Program-made: the position numbers and the translations under genes
Shown: positions 58,596-64,000 of the stretch, in pieces
Layout of the letters: each line of letters begins with the position of its first letter
How positions within the stretch are numbered: the stretch's first letter is position 1
The notes under the pieces: generated by a model
What the model was told of the DNA's origin: nothing
Database searches by the model: none
What the model saw: only the letters and a program-made list of their open reading frames with translations
Assembly (NCBI RefSeq): GCF_009914755.1
Contig: NC_060934.1
Strand: one strand, 5' to 3'
DNA length: 64,000 nt
DNA from: the human T2T-CHM13v2.0 reference genome, Homo sapiens

Positions 58596-59398
58596 TTAAC
58601 ACATCCTGTTAGGAGGAAGTTCCCTGTAGAGCTGTGCAGTATCACTCCAGGGGCTGATAACCCATAGCCAACCTAGGTGCCTCTCCCCATTAATGCTGGA
58701 ACTGAAGCTGCTAGGATATTCAGAGTGAGCGTGGGCTGTGGTTGGTATAACATGCTGCCAGATTAGCTTATGGGTTCAGAATTACTTCCCTGCAAATACT
58801 TTTTTTCCTTTTGAAAGCCTGACATGATTACTTTGAAATTCACCTGAATGTTATTAGCAGAAAGAAGTAACTGATTGGACATGTAAATCCTATGCTTTGG
58901 TGTGGTTAAGCGTCATTTGATAGATTCAGAAGTACGTCAGGTTTCTGTCTCCAAATACTCGAATCTTGTCAAGCATCACCATTTCTGCATTAGGCCTCTG
59001 TAACTTGACACTCGGATGCATCTTTGGTCTCTGATTTAGAATATAGGCTCTGGAAACTTGATATTAAATTCTGATTCTGCCAGTTCCTGTCTGAATAACC
59101 TTGGGCAAGTTACCTAACTTCCCTGTGCCTCAATTTCCTCATTTGTTAAACAAAAATAAAAACAGCATTTCTCTCATCGGTTTGTTGGGATGATGAGGTG
59201 GAATCTAAATGTGAAATGCTGAGCACAAGAGCTGGCACATTCTGAGCCCTCAGGTATTGCCAGTTAGCATTGTGACTGCAGGGAAATAGTACATTCCTTT
59301 ATTTTTGTTGCTCTCTCCTGGGACATTCTTCTTCCTGTGTTGCCTGGCCACCTTCTTTCAAAACTAAGTGTAAGTCTTGTTTCATAAGAAGCCTTCCC

Positions 59399-59695
<297 letters not shown>

Positions 59696-60054
59696 CTAAC
59701 TTTAAACAGACGAGAAAGAGAAGAAGTAGGGAGTCGAGGGCGGTCATGGCTCCACCTTCATACCCCAACACCCTCAGCTGAGCATTTTCTGCACTGTATC
59801 CAGGTTAGCTTATTCCCATGAGTGTCCACTACCCCCACCCCACACAAGGTCATAAATCTGGCAGTCTGAACCCCATCTTGTTTGTGGGTCCTGGTTCCAG
59901 CCACACACCATACCTGGCTTTCAGGAATGCTTTCTCTGCTCCAGATACATCCTACCTCCTATTGTTCCCGAAGTTGTCTGTCAAGTTTTGTGTATGGAAA
60001 GTAATTCATACCTTCATCAGATCTCAAAAGAAGCTTTACACACACAAGAAGAAG

Positions 60055-61090
60055 TTGAGGTGAGGATGTGGAGGAATTGGAACCCTCATACACTGCTGGT
60101 GGGAACGTAAAATGGTGTAGTCACTTTGGAAAGTAGTTTGGCATTTCCTCAAAATGTTAAACATAGAGTCACCATATGACATAATAGTTTCATTCCTATG
60201 TATATACGTATAAAGAGAAATGAAATTAGTTGTTCATATAAAAACTTGTACATGAGTGTTTATTGCAGCCTTAGTCATAACAGCCGAAAGTGTAAACAAC
60301 CCAAATGTCCATCAACTGATGACTGGATAAACAAAATGTATAACCATACGATGGACTGTTCTTCAGCAATAAAAAAGAATAAAGTAGCGATGCATCCTAG
60401 AACATGAATGAACCTAGAAAATTTTATGTTACTTGAAAGAAGCTGGTCACAGAAAACCACATATTGTATTGTTCCATTTATATGAAATGTATAGATAAAC
60501 CACAGAGACAGAAAGTAGATTAGTGGTTGCCAGGGCCTGTGGGGCAGGGGGAATGGAGAGTGATGGCTCATAGGCATGGCGGTTCTTTTTGGGGTCATGA
60601 TAATGTTGTGCACTTAGGTTGTAGTGATATTGCACAACTCGATGAGTATATTAAAGAAAACATTGAAGTATGCACTTTAAAAGAGTGAATCTGGATTAAG
60701 AAAACCATTGAAGTACGCACTTTAAAAGAGTGAATCTGGCCAGGTGCAACGGCTCATGCCTGTAATCCTAACTGATTGGGAGGCCAAGTGGAAGGATCTC
60801 TTGAGGCCAGGTGTTTGAGACCAGCCTGAGCAACATAGAGCGACCTCACCTCTCCAAAAAAGTAAAAAAATTAGCCAGGCATGGTGACGTGTGCCTGTAG
60901 TTGTAGCTACTTGAGAGGCTACTTGAGTTCAGGAATTTGAGGCTGCAGTGGGATATGATTGTGCCATTGCTCTCCAGCCTGGGCAGTAGAGTGAGACCCT
61001 GTCTTAAAAAGTAAAATAAATATTAAAAATAAAGTAAATACAAGGTGAATTTTATGGAATGTAAATTATGTCTCAATAACGCTACTAAAA
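60055..61090 (+). mobile_element. Old L1M 3' fragment interrupted by an AluJ (60738-61030)
   Basis: GAGGATGTGGAGGAATTGGAACCCTCATACACTGCTGGTGGGAA and AACAACCCAAATGTCCATCAACTGATGA are L1M 3' motifs; terminus ATTATGTCTCAATAA resumes after the Alu. Confidence 0.8.
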
Positions 61091-61545
61091 AAAAGAAATA
61101 GAAGCCAGGCACAGGGTCATTTCCCAGTGCTGATCCTGGCCCTGTGATCTCTCTTGGCAACCGTCTTCATGACAATTCTGGAAATAGGCCTGTCCGCTTT
61201 GATTCTTTTTGTGCTATAGGAAGTGGGAGAGAATGTTCTGCTTGGGAAGGCTCAGGCATCGTGTGCCTTGCAGCGGTAACAGCTGATGAACCTGCACTGG
61301 ATAGTAACAGGAAAGGGGCAACCTGAGGCAGGAGGGACAGAGGCTGGTGATTTGTTGGAGTCAGATTTCATCTATTTCAAAGGTCTTTCCTGTTTGCTTT
61401 CAACTGTGTAAGGTCAACTAATGGCTTGGGTGTTTGGGTGGTAGGTGGATTCCTGTAGGTGCAGTCTAGAAGAAATATTGTTGTTATGGTTTTTGTTTTT
61501 TTCATCACACTTTTCCTTAATTTGACCTTTTGTTTGTTTGTGTAG

Positions 61546-61648
61546 CCAAAAGAAGACCCAGAGAGTGTCACTCCTCTTTGAAGACGATGTTGATAGCGGA
61601 GGCTCTCTGTTTGGCTCTCCTCCCACATCTGTTCCTCCTGCAACAAAG
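61546..61648 (+). CDS. WASHC2A: WASHC2 exon 21 (gene continues beyond the window)
   Basis: TAG|103 nt|GT; [35 protein letters not shown]; cumulative 714 codons with no stop. Confidence 0.94.
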
Positions 61649-63471
61649 GTATTCTTCATCTCTTAGTCCCAGGAAATGTCCTTGAGTTTATGCTGCATCA
61701 GTAGTGGTACTTCCCCGAATCAGCTCTTCATACCTAACCTTGGAGGCTGAGTCTTATGGAAGACCTTATTTGCCTGGTTTCAGAAAGAGATCTTCTGATT
61801 AATAGTATTCTAGAGAAGAAGCACACGTGCAAAACCATCATTCAGTGTCAGGTGTAGGAACAAGGAACTGGGTCTCAGAAGAGGCTTGGGCCCCATTGTC
61901 ATGGAATTCTGCTAACATTAGACTAGGCCAGTTAAGGCAAAATCATTCCTTTTATGAGTGTGTGTCGAGTACTAACACTGGTCCTGGTTTATATTAGCCA
62001 GTCAGTAAAAAGGAAGGAAATTCTCACATGTGCTACAAAATGCATGAACCTTGAGGCCGTTATACTCTATCAGTGGAGAAATGGTCACACAGGTCCTAGT
62101 ACAGTTAGACTGTGGAATACTATACAGTGGTAAAAAAAACCCAGGGTGGAGCTTATTGGGATGAAAAACATACTGCAGGCCAAAAAAAAAAAAAAGCGTA
62201 AACACGTAAACATGGTGTAATTTAAACTTTACAAAACAAGAAATACACATGAATGCCTGGAAACCGGCCTGAAAGCATCGATAGCACATTGTTACCAGTG
62301 ATTATGTCCAGGGAAAGGTATGGAATGGGGAACTTCATACTCTCAATGCCTTTTTAAAGCCTTTTTAAGGAAGGCATTTGTGCATTACTGTGGAATTAGA
62401 AATAAACTCCAAACAAAAAATATCTAGGAGATATGGAAGAAGACCCTTCCTGTTAAATGGAGTTGCTCAGCTTATACCAGAAGCTCTCAGCCCTGGGCCA
62501 GCATGCTGCCCACCCTGGGCCCCAGGCTCCCTGCTGCTGCTTCTACGGGGCTCCTGAGCCTTTCCTTGGGTGCTCTGTACTTACATCTCCCCCTTTAAGG
62601 ACATCCAGTGGTTGTACAATTAAAGGAGTCAGGAGATCTGATTGGTTTTTCTTTGTAAATTATAAATAAACTACTCTGGAGGATAACTGAGCAATAAATT
62701 AATGAATTTTGGAGCCTCTGGAGCTGTAAAACTTCTTTCAACCTATGGTAATTATGATTGTTAAATAAAACAAAAGGTCAAGACACACAACTTAAGTAGC
62801 TGAATAGCCTACACGTTTTTGATTATTTGTGAAATATAATCATCTTTAGACAATAGTAAATAAAAGATATTTCTTGTTTACAGATATTTCAGTGTAAGTT
62901 AATTGTGACTTGGTTGTAAGCCTATGTTGACCAAAAGGTTAAACCACAGGCAGGAGAACTTAAAGAAATGTAATGTGAGTTTTGTTTTGAGCCAAGCTTG
63001 AGAACTACTAGCCCAGTAAAGAGACTCCACACAAACTGAGAATGCGTCCCAGAGTGGGCCACACGAGACACAGCATTTATACATTTCTGTTATATAGAAA
63101 ATGGGAAAAGGGGGCAGTGAAGCAACGGTGACTTTCTTAATTCAGATTGGTGCTCGGTGACATTGAATATAAGATAAAGTAAATATGTGGTTAATGTATT
63201 TTCCTCATTAGCCTTTTACCCTAATGAGTACATAGGGGTCGCAGTTGCAGGGTCAGGAGAGGGATGGTTGATTTTGTGCTGCCTTTGTGCTTCATCCAAT
63301 AGGCAGGTTGTAATCGGTGCCTGTCAGTGTGATATTTGACAGACTCTGGCCTTGCAGGTGAGGTTCAGCTTTCGTTCATAGGCCCGGTTTCTATTACCCA
63401 TATGGCCAAGATGCAGCCATTTTAGACAATTTTTTTTTCTTCAGACTTTCCTTATTTTCTGACACCTATCA

Positions 63472-63828
<357 letters not shown>

Positions 63829-63961
63829 TCAAGAAGATTAAAACTGGTACTTTGGGTAGCATTTTCTGTGGTTTAAGGACCTTAGTTATATATGAAGGAA
63901 GAATATGATTTGCCATACTTAAGTCTCTTTTTGTCTCCCCTATCAACTATTTGCATTGAAT

Positions 63962-64000
63962 TATTATTATTTTTTTTTTTTTTTGAGACGGAGTCTTGCT
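63962..64000 (-). mobile_element. Alu tail cut by the window edge
   Basis: Poly-T followed by GAGACGGAGTCTTGCT. Confidence 0.8.

Overview
Primate (almost certainly human) genomic DNA from the FAM21/WASHC2 locus. The + strand carries the CpG-island promoter and coding exons 1-21 (714 codons, all GT-AG, frame checked exon by exon; the gene continues past the right edge) of a WASH complex subunit 2 gene, best matching WASHC2A/FAM21A. The first ~13.1 kb is an inverted, promoterless partial duplicate of the same gene (intron 8 to intron 17, exons 9-17, continuing past the left edge; probably FAM21EP) with frameshifts and a nonsense codon. The window is therefore a large inverted repeat (1-13131 versus 36601-49992) whose ~23.5 kb spacer holds the promoter and exons 1-8. 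Main observations: an invertible promoter+exons 1-8 cassette; mosaic arm identity with divergence concentrated next to large indels (gene-conversion signature); a duplication breakpoint in an Alu; a tight cluster of CLEAR/E-box palindromes at the promoter; a TTAA-flanked MER85 piggyBac MITE; LFa motifs repeatedly split by phase-0 introns; and a young TSD-less L1 beside a perfect hairpin. Nearly all ORFs in the supplied track are Alu, repeat or intron noise. Exon coordinates were counted by hand; repeat boundaries are approximate and identity statements are by eye.
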